From positions 7,130,001 through 7,194,000 of the forward strand of contig NC_087437.1 in assembly GCF_036321535.1 (NCBI RefSeq): a stretch of 64,000 nucleotides of DNA, read 5' to 3'. The position numbers were made by a program, and so were the translations under genes. Position 1 is the stretch's first letter. Each line of letters starts with the position of its first letter. Of the stretch, positions 52,736 through 64,000 are shown piece after piece. Under the pieces are notes generated by a model. It did no database searches and was not told where the DNA came from. It saw nothing but the letters and a program-made list of their open reading frames with translations. The stretch comes from Camelus dromedarius. Lineage: Eukaryota.

Positions 52736-54094
52736 CATTTTGACATCTCTGTAGCATTTTAATCTTGAAATGGAATGCTCATTTTCTTTGTCTTCTCTGG
52801 GCCTGTCCCCCACTGGTCTTGGTATTCAGTCCGAAGGGCATTTCATCAGGGAGCAGGGAGGACAGACCCAGTGCGTAGTGTGTACTGGCCTTGCAGAAGG
52901 CTGTTTCAGTGGGTGAAGGAGGGCTCGGTCCACACTGACCCCACAAAGCATGACAAAGAAGGCTCTAGCTGGAGTACTGGGTGGTGATGGGAAGCCAGTG
53001 GTGATCAATTCAATTGGAAGAAATTAGGAGCCATGCTGAGTGATTGTCTCACATGATATTCCTTGTGCAATCTCACTGTGTACCTTAAATGTCCCATTTG
53101 GCCTTCTGGTTCACTACTCACCTAAATGTCCAAATAAATTAAATTGAGGCTCTATCCTGCTTTGGATAGAGAAGTCTCCACTATATCGGAGGACTCTTGG
53201 GTGGGGGCAGTTGTTTACAAAGGAATTTGGTTTCTGCCACCCCTTACTCCCAACTCTGACTCCAGGCTCCCTTTTGGGTCCTCTGGCTTCCCAGGATCAC
53301 TTCCTTAAGAAGCGCCAGCTTTCTTTGCTGTGCTCTGTGCCCCAAATGAAGACCTGGCCTCCACTTCATTCACCAAGGTGTGATGCTCCAAGGCTGGCAC
53401 TTCTCTCTGTCCTTCATGAGACTCCTCTAGGAGGGAGGGAGCGGTGGAGAGATGGGAGGGTACCCCAGAGGGTCACTGCAGCACAGCACGGGAGGCCGTT
53501 TCAAATCAGGAAGCACACTTCCCTTTCCAAGAGTCCATCGCAGAGTCCTCTCAGGTGGTTTCTCGCCCAGGAGCCTGATCGATAACCACACTGCTAGGGT
53601 CCTACTTTCTTCTCTCAATGTCTCCTTCTTCTTTCCTAGGTCCCACCTCCAAGCCAGTCATTTAGCTCCCCAGGGGAAGCCTCAGAATTCCTTATAAGAT
53701 ACACACAGACTTCAATGGCCTTGGTAGATACTCTTTCGCCTTATTAAGCCAAATATATTTAACCCCTCTTTGTCTCCATTTCCCTGTTCCAGAGCAGGGT
53801 TGGAAGTACCCTATGAACAAGAAAAAAAAAAAAAAACAAAAACAGGAAATTTTTTCTGTTTAAGATGGATCCTACAGCCATCTCTTAGATTAACCCTCAA
53901 TCAATAGAACAGTCATAAAACAGCAATTTTGATTTTCTTCCATGAGTCAGTGGATTGAAAGGAAAAGACTGATTTGAAGTCTGTAGAACTAGGGCTCTTG
54001 CCTTGACTCTACTTACACTGGGACCTTAGAAAGGCCCTCTTTCTTCTCTGATCTTCAGGCTGCTTATCTGAAATTGGAATCGTTTGGGTTAGAC

Positions 54095-54385
54095 CAGCAT
54101 TTTCCAAACTGTGTTCTTCGTATACTAGTTCGGCAAGGTGTTAAATGGGTGTTTCAGGGAAAACGCGTTCTGGGGTTCACTCTTGACGACTGCAAACTTC
54201 AGCAAGATTGAGAAGGTTTCTTTGCTGCAGAACTTCTCAGGTCTCTCCATAAGCAACTGTGACTATGTGGGAGAGAAATATAACGTGCAGTGTTTCCCAG
54301 ACACACTTGAAAGGGCTCCCCCCAACCCCGTTTTATGTCAGAAACCTATAAATATCTTGCAGAAATGATGCTTATTGAACACTGT
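54095..54385. mobile_element. hAT-Charlie MITE (MER103C-like)
   Basis: cagcattttccaaactgtgttc...actagttc...ggtttctttgctgcagaacttctcag...tgcagtgtttcccagac. Confidence 0.65.
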
Positions 54386-55270
54386 CATTCTTGAGAATAA
54401 CTAAGATGAGTCATCTCATCCTTTTCACGTTCACCTTCCATTGCAATTGTTTCTACTTGCTCAGCCCAAGTGAAGCTGTACAACGTTGGCATAAAGGCAT
54501 CACTGGCTGTTTCTTAATGGCTTTATCTCTCTCTCTTTGGTCATTTTTTTTTTTTTTAAATTACTGGAAATCTTCTTGTCTTCAGAAAAATTGCAAAGCA
54601 GAGCTCTGGGAATATTGGTAATTGCGGTACTACTTGTTCAGCTGGCTCTGGGTTCCATCGTGGGCCCCGGAAGCCTGTTTCTACGTTACTGAGCTGCTGT
54701 TGCTACCTGGTACCTGAAGCTCGGGGTTTCCATTTGAGGCATGGCTCTAACTAAGGGATTAAGGAGCCAAAGACCTAGAAAGGTCAAGTTACTCCCCCCT
54801 GGTTCAGTGCCACTCTCCCACCTGGTAATTTCAAAGTATAAAATTTTATTTTTCGAAATGATTCAATGCTTTTTTTTTTTCAGGTTGAAAGGAAAATAGT
54901 TTCTTTCTAGATTTTCTGATTGTAAAATTCTGGGTAAGTTTACCAAAGTGAACTTTTCTGTGTGTGGGTGGGTGGATGGTTTCTCCTGTGGAGCTGGTTC
55001 TCTAAGAATGTACTTGGTCCACTAGTTAGGTAATTTGGTCCTAATTAGAAGCAAGGGTCGAGGTGGATTCTGGAAAATATTTTGATGCTGTGGAGGAATC
55101 TGGTACAGTGCATAGTCTTAACTTACTATCCATGACCTGGCAACGGTTCTCTTCCCAACTCTCTACCAAGTTGCTTTCAGGGCTGAGTTCCTTCTCTCAT
55201 CCCTTTATCAGCACACCTAGACCTGGTGTTCTAGTGCCACTAGGTCTTGTCAGGCTCAAGAAGACATTGA

Positions 55271-55378
55271 GGGGGTTGGATATAGCTCAGTGGTAGAGCG
55301 CATGCCTTGTGTGCAGGAGGTCCCAGGTTCAATCCCCAGTACCTCCATTAAAAAATAATAATAAAGAAAGAAAAACTA
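55271..55378 (+). mobile_element. tRNA-Ala-derived SINE (vic-1-like), short form
   Basis: tatagctcagtggtagagcgcatgcc...ggttcaatccccagtacctccattaaaaa. TSD aagaagacattga / aagaagatgttga. Confidence 0.92.
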
Positions 55379-55426
55379 AAGAAGATGTTGAATAACCTCA
55401 GTCTAAGGTATGAGGGACTTTGATGG

Positions 55427-55818
55427 GTGCTGTGGTGTGTCTCCCCCCGATTCCCCTTCAGGAGTGAGAAGGTACACCCCCAGTCGCTGGAAGGACTGCC
55501 AGCAGAGATCTTCCTAAAGGAATTGCCTTGACTGAAGACAGCTGTCTTGCCCAATGTCAACTGCATTCATTACTGGTGGATAAGGGGATAAAGGCATCCA
55601 TGCTGTTACTTAGAATAACTCTGAAGGGCCATCCCAGCTTCAGAGCCCTGTGGCCTTGGCTGACTCTCCACTGAGACAGCACGGCATCACAGCCCAGCTT
55701 CTGCCCTGATCCTGCTTCCTTCCTTTCCCCAACAGTTATTAAGAGCCCTCCTCAGTCAAATTTCTGCACATCAATTTTTGTCTTAGAATCTGCATCCCAG
55801 GAAACCCAGCACATAGCA
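55427..55818 (+). mobile_element. ERVL solo LTR (LTR16A-like)
   Basis: cccgattccccttcagga...ggaattgccttgactgaagacagctgtcttgccca...actctgaagggccatcccagcttcagagc...tcttagaatctgcatcccaggaaaccca. Confidence 0.8.
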
Positions 55819-56721
55819 GAGGCTCCATATATTACCAATCCCTGAAAGACACTTGTGTTTTAAAGGAATTCCACAGAGTTAGGGTCATGTTCAACTCAAA
55901 AGGAAGAATTGCTGATGCTTCAATTGCTTGGCAGTGTGACATCTGGAAGGGAGTGGAAGAGGGATGGTTTATACATATGGAAGGAAGGAGTCTTTTTCTT
56001 TTTTTAATTTAGTGCTTTTTATGTCTTGTTCAAAACATCTTTCCCTAACTGGAAATCATAGAGATATTGCTCAGTGTTTTCTTCTAAAATTCTTGATGTC
56101 TTGCCACTGGTAATTCCATTTGGAATTGATTTTGCATGATCCATGTTCCATTTCCATAAAGGACAAAAAGTCAGATAAAATTAAATATATGCTGTTTAGG
56201 GATATAAGCATTTGTGATGAAATCATGTACAAAAAAAGGAAATGATAAATAAAAAATTGCCTGGATTAGTGGAGGCGGTGGGTAGAGTGAAAAATATTAA
56301 TACAAATCACTTCAATGAAATTGGTGAGGTTCTAATAGTTGGAATAATAGTTGGTGGAACACTCGTGGGATATCCACTTTTATCATTAAACTTTATGAGC
56401 TATGTATACATTACATATATTCATTAGTGTATCAATGGTATTTATGATTTTTAAAGAGAGGAAAATGAGAAGAAAGGAAGTGAATACAGAAGAACAACTC
56501 AACATTTTGCTGTAAAAGGTGCTTAGAAACATGGCCAGTAACTGGCATGGAATGTGGAGATCACAGAAGGTTTTTCTTTTTCATCTTTCTCTTAAAGCTT
56601 TATTTATAGCAAGAACCATCATTTATTAGGCTTTTACCTGACTAATATGGATTTGCGTGAATAATATAATTTAATATTTTTTTTCCTGAATGATGCTTCC
56701 TTTTTTGTGCATTGCTTTTTA

Positions 56722-56990
56722 AACATTTTTATTTTTTATTGAAGCATAGCTGATTTACAATGTTCCAAGTGTACAGCAAAGTGTTTCAGTTACATATATA
56801 TATATATATATTCTTTTGCAGATTCTTTTCACTTATAAGGTTATTATAGTTTATTACAAGATATTGACTATAAATCCTTATATTCAATATATATAAGGTA
56901 TGCATACTTTATATATGCTCACCTACATAAAGTATAGTTGATTTACAATGTTGTGTTAGTTTTAGGTGTACAGCAAAGTGATTCAGTTCA
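56722..56990 (-). mobile_element. Two short LINE-1 3'-end fragments
   Basis: The motif aag(c/t)atag(c/t)tgatttacaatgtt...gtgtacagcaaagtg..tcagtt occurs twice (about 56742 and about 56930). Confidence 0.8.
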
Positions 56991-57376
56991 CACAAGGTTG
57001 TTTTTAAAGACATAGGATATTCCAGCAAATTTGTATATCAATAAGAAAATTCAGCAGTTCAAGAAAAATTTTAAATGCAGGAGAGAGAAGGGGCATTTGG
57101 AGGAGCGACGCCCTGCATTCTTTCACAAGGTTCTTTTCCTCTGTCATTTTACCAGTTCCTCCATTTGCATGTCTCATCCTTTTATTTATTTGTGCTTAAT
57201 CACAAGTATTATAGAGCTCTTCCTTGGTGCCCGGAGTTCATGCATGAATACAGTTAGTAATGAGACTTGCTCTGGCCACCTATGTCCACGAGCTTACTGC
57301 AGTGATGTCTGCCTCCTCCCCCCTAAATTAGAGAACAGCCAATTGCTGGGAGCCCCGATTAGCTCCACCCACCTTC

Positions 57377-57420
57377 CCAGCCTCCGCAGGAACCAGCCTC
57401 CGCAGGAACCAGCCGCAGGA
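57377..57420. repeat. 16-bp tandem repeat (ccagcctccgcaggaa x2 plus a partial copy)
   Basis: Read directly. Confidence 0.9.
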
Positions 57421-57936
57421 TGGGCAGGGGTCCAGCCATGGCTACCTTCACAGTGATTCTTTGACTTCTCAAAGCCCTTTCTGCCTCAGGCCCATTGCAC
57501 TTGCAGACACGGGTGCCTGGGTTTCTCTAACCCTTGATCAACTATGTTCTTCCTTGTCAAGCCTCTGCTTGCCTGTCTTTCTCGCCAAGAGGCAGTCTCT
57601 CCAGCTTCGCCTCGCTAACTGCACCTTCGCCATCTCCAGGGTGTGATTATCCTTCTATTCTTGCTCATATGGCCCTATACACGATGCCTCCCAGTGCTTA
57701 TTACAACTTCCACCGCAATGATACATTTATGCATCAATTGCCCCGGTTCAATCAGCAGACTCCCCGAGGATAGGAGCCATGACGGCTTTGTTCCCCCTGT
57801 GTTCCTATCTGAACTTTTTCTGTGGAAAGCATTTAGCAGACACACTGCGGTCCCCTTCTTCCTGCTTCCATTCTGCACTGGGGACAATACCCAGCTCAGC
57901 AAGAAAATGACGTTGGACACCAATGAGGAACTAATT

Positions 57937-58597
57937 CTTTTTTTTTTTTTTTTAATTTTCATTAAAGTATAGTCAGTTTACAATGTTGTTTCAATTTCTC
58001 GTGTACAGCACAATGCTTCAATCATATATGAATATACATATATTCATTTTCATATTCTTTTTACCATAAGCTGCTACAAGATATCAAATATAGTTCCCTG
58101 TGCTATACAGTATAAATTTGTTTATCTATTTTATATATACCAGTCAGTGTCTGTAAATCTCGAAGTCCCAATTTATCCCTTCCTCCCCTTTCCCTCGGTA
58201 ACCATAAGTTTGCTTTCCATGTCTGTGAGTCCGTTTTTGTTTTTAAAATAAGTTCATTTGTCTTTTTTTTTTTTTTTTTTTTTTTAGATTCTACATATGA
58301 GTGATATTATATGGTATCTTTCTTTCTGTTTCTGGCTCACTCCACTTAGAATTCTCCAGGTCCATCCATGTTGCTGCAAATGGCATTATTTCATTCTTTT
58401 TTTATGGCTGAGTAGTATTCCATTGTATAAATATACCACACCTTCTTTATCCAGTCATCTATCAATGGACATTTAGGTTGTTTCCATGATTTGCTATTGT
58501 AAATAGTGCTGCTGTGAACACTGGGGTGCAGGTGTCTTTTTGAATTAGGATTCCCTCTGGATATATGCCCAGGAGTGGGATTGCTGGATCATATGGT
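57937..58597 (-). mobile_element. Young 5'-truncated LINE-1
   Basis: T tail plus tagtcagtttacaatgttg...ggattgctggatcatatggta. Short TSD taattctt on both sides. Confidence 0.95.
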
Positions 58598-58789
58598 ATT
58601 AATTCTTAATCCACTTTTGTTTCTGTTACAGTTATAGGGCTTGGTTTAGTGGCTATGCAGAAGTTTTAAGAAAAATGAACTAATTGTCAAATCAGAGCAT
58701 GTTAAAGCTAGGTGAGGCCCAGGAAGTCCTCATGGAAATATCTCTAGGATGGAGAATGACAGACAAGAGGAAGAGGAACGAATAGCAAC

Positions 58790-59030
58790 AGCTAAAAATA
58801 CGACTGTTTACTTAGTTTTAATATGCATTAGCCTTGTGCTAAGAGCTTTCCCTACAATGATGTCTTTTCATCCCTTTGAATTTCCCAAGAGAAGATTCTA
58901 TGAGCCTTATTTTATGTTGGAAGAAATGGAAACTCCAAGAGTTGTGTACTTTGTCTAAAATCAAACACCTGGTAACTGGTGACGCCAAGACTGAAACCCA
59001 GGTCTGCGTGACCCTGAAACTGTGCTCTCC
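58790..59030 (-). mobile_element. MIR SINE
   Basis: gtgctaagagcttt...ttattttatgttggaagaaatggaaactccaagag...gccaagactgaaacccaggtctgcgtgacc. Confidence 0.7.
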
Positions 59031-59044
59031 CAGTTTTACTGTGG

Positions 59045-59352
59045 GGACAGATCACCTGTGGTCTCACTCGGATGGAAATTCAGAGTCAGTAGACCTGAGA
59101 TTCTGCAGATGACAGGTTTCTGAGGATTCTGATGCTACTGGTCCTGGAGATGCACTGGGAGAACCACTGTTCTATTTTGGCACTTTGCAGACTTTGACAT
59201 GCATACGAGTCCTTTGGGGATCTTGTTAATAAATGCAGATTCTGCTCCTCTAGGGCTGGGATGGGTCTGGGGATTCTGTAGTTTTTTGCTAGCACCCAGT
59301 TGAGACCTGTTCTGCTCATCCATCCATGGAGCATACTTTGAGTAGCCAAGCT
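59045..59352. mobile_element. Two adjacent MER5-type MITEs
   Basis: The first ends gattctgatgctactggtcctggagatgcactgggagaaccactg. The second has ggggatcttgttaataaatgcagattctg...catactttgagtagccaag. Confidence 0.75.
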
Positions 59353-60194
59353 TGGATGCATTCCAAACTCAAATGGCAGGCATATTGTAGATGGAGGCTG
59401 AGATGGGCCTCAGAGCCTTCTTCCAACTCCTGACAGCTCCTGACGGCTGACAATCTTGGACGATGATTGTGCTGTAAGTTTGTATCTGAAGCTGCCTTTG
59501 AAAATTACAAAAAATCCACATTGGTGGTTAACCACCTCAGGACAGGGAGAGGGACAGGGTAGCCCATTCAGTGAATGAAGCCCAAGTGGGGATGAGGTTT
59601 TGTGTGATGTCAATGGGGAAGGCCTGCCAACACACCAAGTTCACGTGTGCATCCAGCCTGGAGCCAGCCCCTGTCCCCTGCCCAAGATCTTGAAGCAACG
59701 CGATGTCACCAGCTCTAAAAAACCCAAGGTTCATAATGAAACTTGTAATCAGGTGAGCCTTGTTTTGTTTTGAGTCCATTCACACTGTTTCTCACAGTCC
59801 CTCACTCGGTGACTTCAGGGGTGAATTCTGGGAACTCTAACTGATCTTTCAGGTTTACATAAAGTGGGTTTACTCCCCTCAGAGAACATCACTTGCTTTC
59901 TTGTAAATCTTCTCCCTTGCTCAGAGGGGGAGCCTGGCTCTCACTGCTGATTGATACGTTTGCTGATGGCAGGGGTTGCATGAGCTCCTATGTCGTCTAG
60001 TGTCTATGCTGAAACCACGGCCAGGACCCATACTTGGGTGGCCAGCAAGGCTCTTGAGCTACATATCCCAGCATTCTGGCCCCTCCATCCACAAAACCTG
60101 ATTAGAAAAATGAGCTCTTGGATTGTCATCCAATTGAATCCAGCCTAGCTTTTCTCAGGAGTTCAATTTTCTCTTTCCTTGAGTTAATCTCCCT

Positions 60195-60795
60195 TTTTTT
60201 CTATTTTTTTTTTGTGGTTAATTTTTTTGCATATGTATTCCTTTTTATATTCTTTTTCATTATAGGCTATTACACAGTATTGAATATAGTTTCCTGTGCT
60301 ATACAGTAGGACCTTGTTGTTTATCTACTTTATATATAGTAGTGTGTATTTGCTAATCTCAAAGTTCCAATTTATCCCTCCATCTCCTCCCCTTTCACCT
60401 CAGGTAACCATGTTTGTTTTCTATCTCTGTGAGTCTGTCTCTGTTTTGTAAATAAGTTCATTTGTGTCCTTTTTTTCTTAAGATTCCACATATGAGTGAT
60501 ATCATATCATATTTTTCCTTCTCTTTCTGGCTTACTTCACTTAGAATGATGATCTCCAGGTCCATTCATGTTGCTGCAAATGGCATTATTTCATTCTTTT
60601 TTATGGCTGAGTAGTATTCCATTGTATAAATATACCACAACTTCTTTATCCGGTCATCTATCGATGGACATTTAGGCTGCTTCCATGTCTTGGCTATTGT
60701 AAATAGTGCTGCCATGAACATTGGGGTGCATGTACTTTTTTGAATTAGAGTTTACTCTAGATAAACCCTATGATCCAGCCATCCCACTCCTGGGA
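60195..60795 (-). mobile_element. Young LINE-1 3' fragment with short 5' inversion
   Basis: Same family as the 11.1, 14.9 and 57.9-kb copies. Positions 60765-60795 are L1 sequence in the opposite orientation. Confidence 0.92.
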
Positions 60796-60964
60796 GTTTA
60801 CTTTTTAAATAAGATGGATTCTCCTTCTTAAAAGACAAGGCAGACAGGTGAAAGGCCCTCACTGAGGACAACTCCTCCTGTTACTCAGAAATCACCAAAT
60901 GAGGAGAGCAGCTCAGGCTAGAATGGAACAAGGTATTGGCCCCTGATTTTCTACCACAGCCTTC

Positions 60965-61150
60965 AAATATGGGATTTGAAGACCCGGATTTCCGTTCTAG
61001 CTGTGTGGCCTTGGGTGGGTTATTTTACCTCTGAAGATGTGATGTTCCCCTCTGTGATGGGGATAATACACCCTACTGTGAGTATGAGGATCGGATCCCA
61101 CGATACCTGCAAAGCCCTTTGTGCCTGGAGCATAGGATGCGCCGTGTACA
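60965..61150 (+). mobile_element. MIR SINE
   Basis: ctagctgtgtggccttgggtgggttattttacctctg...ctgtgatggggataatacacccta...gcaaagccctttgtgcctggagcatagg. Confidence 0.7.
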
Positions 61151-62571
61151 AACTAACACTTCTCCTCTGATCCCCATCACTCTGCCCTTGGTAGATTCCA
61201 AGTGCCACAAGCAAAAATGATCAGGTTGTGCAAAATGGCAGATTCAAAGGGTTTGAGGTTCCAAGGTCCATTGAGGTTCCAAAATATTCCCATTCAGCTG
61301 TCTCCTTCTGGGTTCTTGCCGTCTGATGTGTCACTGTGCGTCTCTCTGATTACACACTGCTGTCACTCAGTGCGCCAGCAGACACCAACAGATTCTGTTA
61401 CAACAGCTGATTGTGCAGGCCTGCCTCCGCGTTTGCTCAGCGAAGATGCCTCTCAGACCCCAAAGGAGCCATACTCCCGGCCAACTTTAAGAAATTGGTT
61501 GCTTTATTTACAAAGAGACCCTTCCTGAAGGTTTCCCAGCAGAACCTAAATGTGTGATTTTGCGCAAAAGAATTAAAAACCAGGTTCCCACGGTGTTGTG
61601 AATGGAGGCCTGCCACATGTGCAATCCGGACGATGCAAGGCCTTAATGTTTTATTAGATTGGAATCGTTTCTGGGACTTAAACATTTTGATGAAATTTGT
61701 TCAATTTTCTGGGTGTGTTTTATATGAAAAAATTAAAATTTTTTGGCAGTTCTATTAAGTAGACACAGGGAACATCTCTGGATAGTTTAGTACTCAGAAA
61801 TCAATGATACAACATTTTATTTAATTTACCCATTAAAGAAAAGGCTGTGTTGAAGTGATGCATTTTCCTTTCAGGCCACACCTGATCATTGTGACTGTAT
61901 ATGAGCAGTGACTCTTAGCAGGGACATTTTCTTCTCAGCTACGAAAACAAGACCACATCAATACACTGTCTTGGTATGAATTAGTAACAGGCATCACATC
62001 TGGGCAGACATGGCCCCCTGGCTCTCACTGTGGCAAGCAGAGAGAGCCACATTCTGGTCCTCACACGTGCTTGACCAGTCCTTTTGTGCAGTGCACAGAA
62101 TGAGCAACTGTACAGAGTTCCCGAGGAAATCTTCAGACACACATGTTTTTGCCCGAACGAGAAAGGTTTGAGCTTCCTGTTCTTGCTTTCTTAAAACTTC
62201 AGCCTCTGAATTCATTGTGTTTCCTTTCCCCTACCCGTTTTCCATTTCCCCAGTATCTGGGAGGGGAGATTTTGTTTCATTTTGTTTGTTTCATCTCTAA
62301 GACTGCTGGAGCTACAGGTGCAGTTGGTATACACACACGAGGAGCAATTTTCTACAAATTTAGTGAGTGGCTATCAATGGATTTGGAAAGCCCTCAAAGA
62401 CCACTTTTGTCCCTCTAGGTTCTCATTTCCTTAAATTCCTTCATTAGAAGTGACTCTGGGCTGCTCTAATGCTGTGTTGACCCCAAAAATGATTTGCCCT
62501 TCTGTTTTCACACTCATTTTTTTGAACTAGAAAAAAGAAGGAAAGGGAAAATTTTGCACAAAGAAAAGGAG

Positions 62572-62872
62572 CGAAAAAGAATATGGAAACGAATATAAAT
62601 ATATGTATAACTGAATCACTATGCTGTACACCAGAAACTAACAGAACATTGTAAATTGACTATACTTCAATTTAAAAAAAGACAGAGTAGACTGTACAGC
62701 ACAGGGAACTACATTCAATGTCTTGTAGTAGCTCGCGGTGAAAAAGAATATGAAAATGAATATATGTGTGTTCATGTCAGACTGAAACATTATGCTATTC
62801 ACCGGAAATTGACACAACATTGTAAACTGACTATATTTCAATAAAAAATACATATACAAAAAAAAAAAAAAA
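62572..62872 (+). mobile_element. Two tandem LINE-1 3'-end fragments
   Basis: The terminal motif acattgtaaa(t/c)tgactata(c/t)ttcaat plus an A tail ends at about 62680 and again at about 62872. Confidence 0.9.
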
Positions 62873-64000
62873 GAGCAAGAAAGAGAATGATTGTGGCAAA
62901 AAAAAAAAAAAATGTAGAGAAGCCTGCAGCTTTCTGAAGATTTTGTAAAAAATATTTCAGCTTTGGGGACTCATCTAGGCCCAAGTGTCCAAAGACTGAA
63001 TGACCTGCTCTCCTTATCTTCCTGGAGGGAGACGGACCAAGGGATGGGGGACTAGACAAAGCAGGAGGCAGGGCTTCACCTGTGGAGCACTTCCCGACCA
63101 TTAACACTTGATTTTCCCCTTTGGGTTGGGATGGTGTGGGGTGAGGGAGAGCCCTGTTGTATTACTGAGCATCTGGGGAAACGGGAGGTGCATAGAACAT
63201 CTTCCAGTTGTTCCTGGTCCTGGACTATGAATTCTAGAACCACTGATCCTGCCTCTCTGGTCCTCCCCTATTCTGTTCCCACTCGCTCTCAGACGCCTGT
63301 CTCCACTTTTCCCTCCACCCTACTTCTCACCCAATCTTCTTTTCATGAGTCATCTCTGGAAAGAGAAACCAGAGGGAACAAAGAATACAAGAGAATCTTT
63401 AATAGCTGGATCAGATACTACTTGTAAACTGGAATCAAGCCTCACAACTTCCCTGTGAGGTGAGAAAGCTTCCTACCACCTTTGACCTCCTGGGGGATGT
63501 CTGCAGAGGAAAGTGCCTTTCTGCTGGGCACGCTAGCCAGGGCAGGGCACAAGCCTTCCTGCTTCTGTCAGTGTGGGGGACCTCTCCCTAGTTTGCCCTT
63601 TCTCCCTTGTTCTCCAATGGAGCTCTTTTGAGGAGGGGAACTGATCCCTTGTGTTCAGCCACTGGCACAAGAGAGGGTCACATGGGAGGAGAAACCCCAA
63701 CCCTTCCATCCTTTCTCCTGGAAAAAGACCCAACTTGCAGCCAGAGATCCTGTCACTCATTATGACCAAGTACTTCTGCCCTCTGCCCTCCTTTTGCTCA
63801 TCTGTAAAGTGGACATCATAGACACAAGTTTAGTGGACGGCTATCTAGAGATACAGTGTGTGGATTTGAAACACTGTCAGATGGCCACCCTTGTCCCCAA
63901 GTGTCTTCCCAAGACTTACTTCCTTGGGTTGTTCTGAGGATTAAAAGAAATAATATAACTGCGAGGGCCAGGCAGGAGCTGAAGTCACACTAGATGCCCA

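Overview
This is non-coding mammalian genomic DNA, very probably camelid (camel, alpaca or llama). The evidence is eight copies of a tRNA-Ala(AGC)-derived SINE resembling the camelid vic-1 family, plus an internally deleted Tigger1. I found no intact protein-coding exon, RNA gene or CRISPR array. The only gene-derived sequence is a decayed, intronless processed pseudogene of cytoplasmic gamma-actin (ACTG1) at about 41.7-43.6 kb. The rest is old and young L1 fragments, MIR/L2, MaLR/ERVL solo LTRs, hAT and Tigger MITEs, microsatellites (including a 337-nt pure-purine tract) and several stretches with no recognisable repeats that look regulatory. Three items most deserve follow-up: an apparent weak-to-strong (AT->GC) substitution excess in the actin pseudogene, a motif-dense candidate enhancer at about 46.2-47.3 kb, and two interleaved perfect inverted repeats at about 20.5 kb. 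I did not find a previously undescribed biological system. Repeat family names come from remembered consensus sequences, and boundaries are approximate unless a TSD is given.
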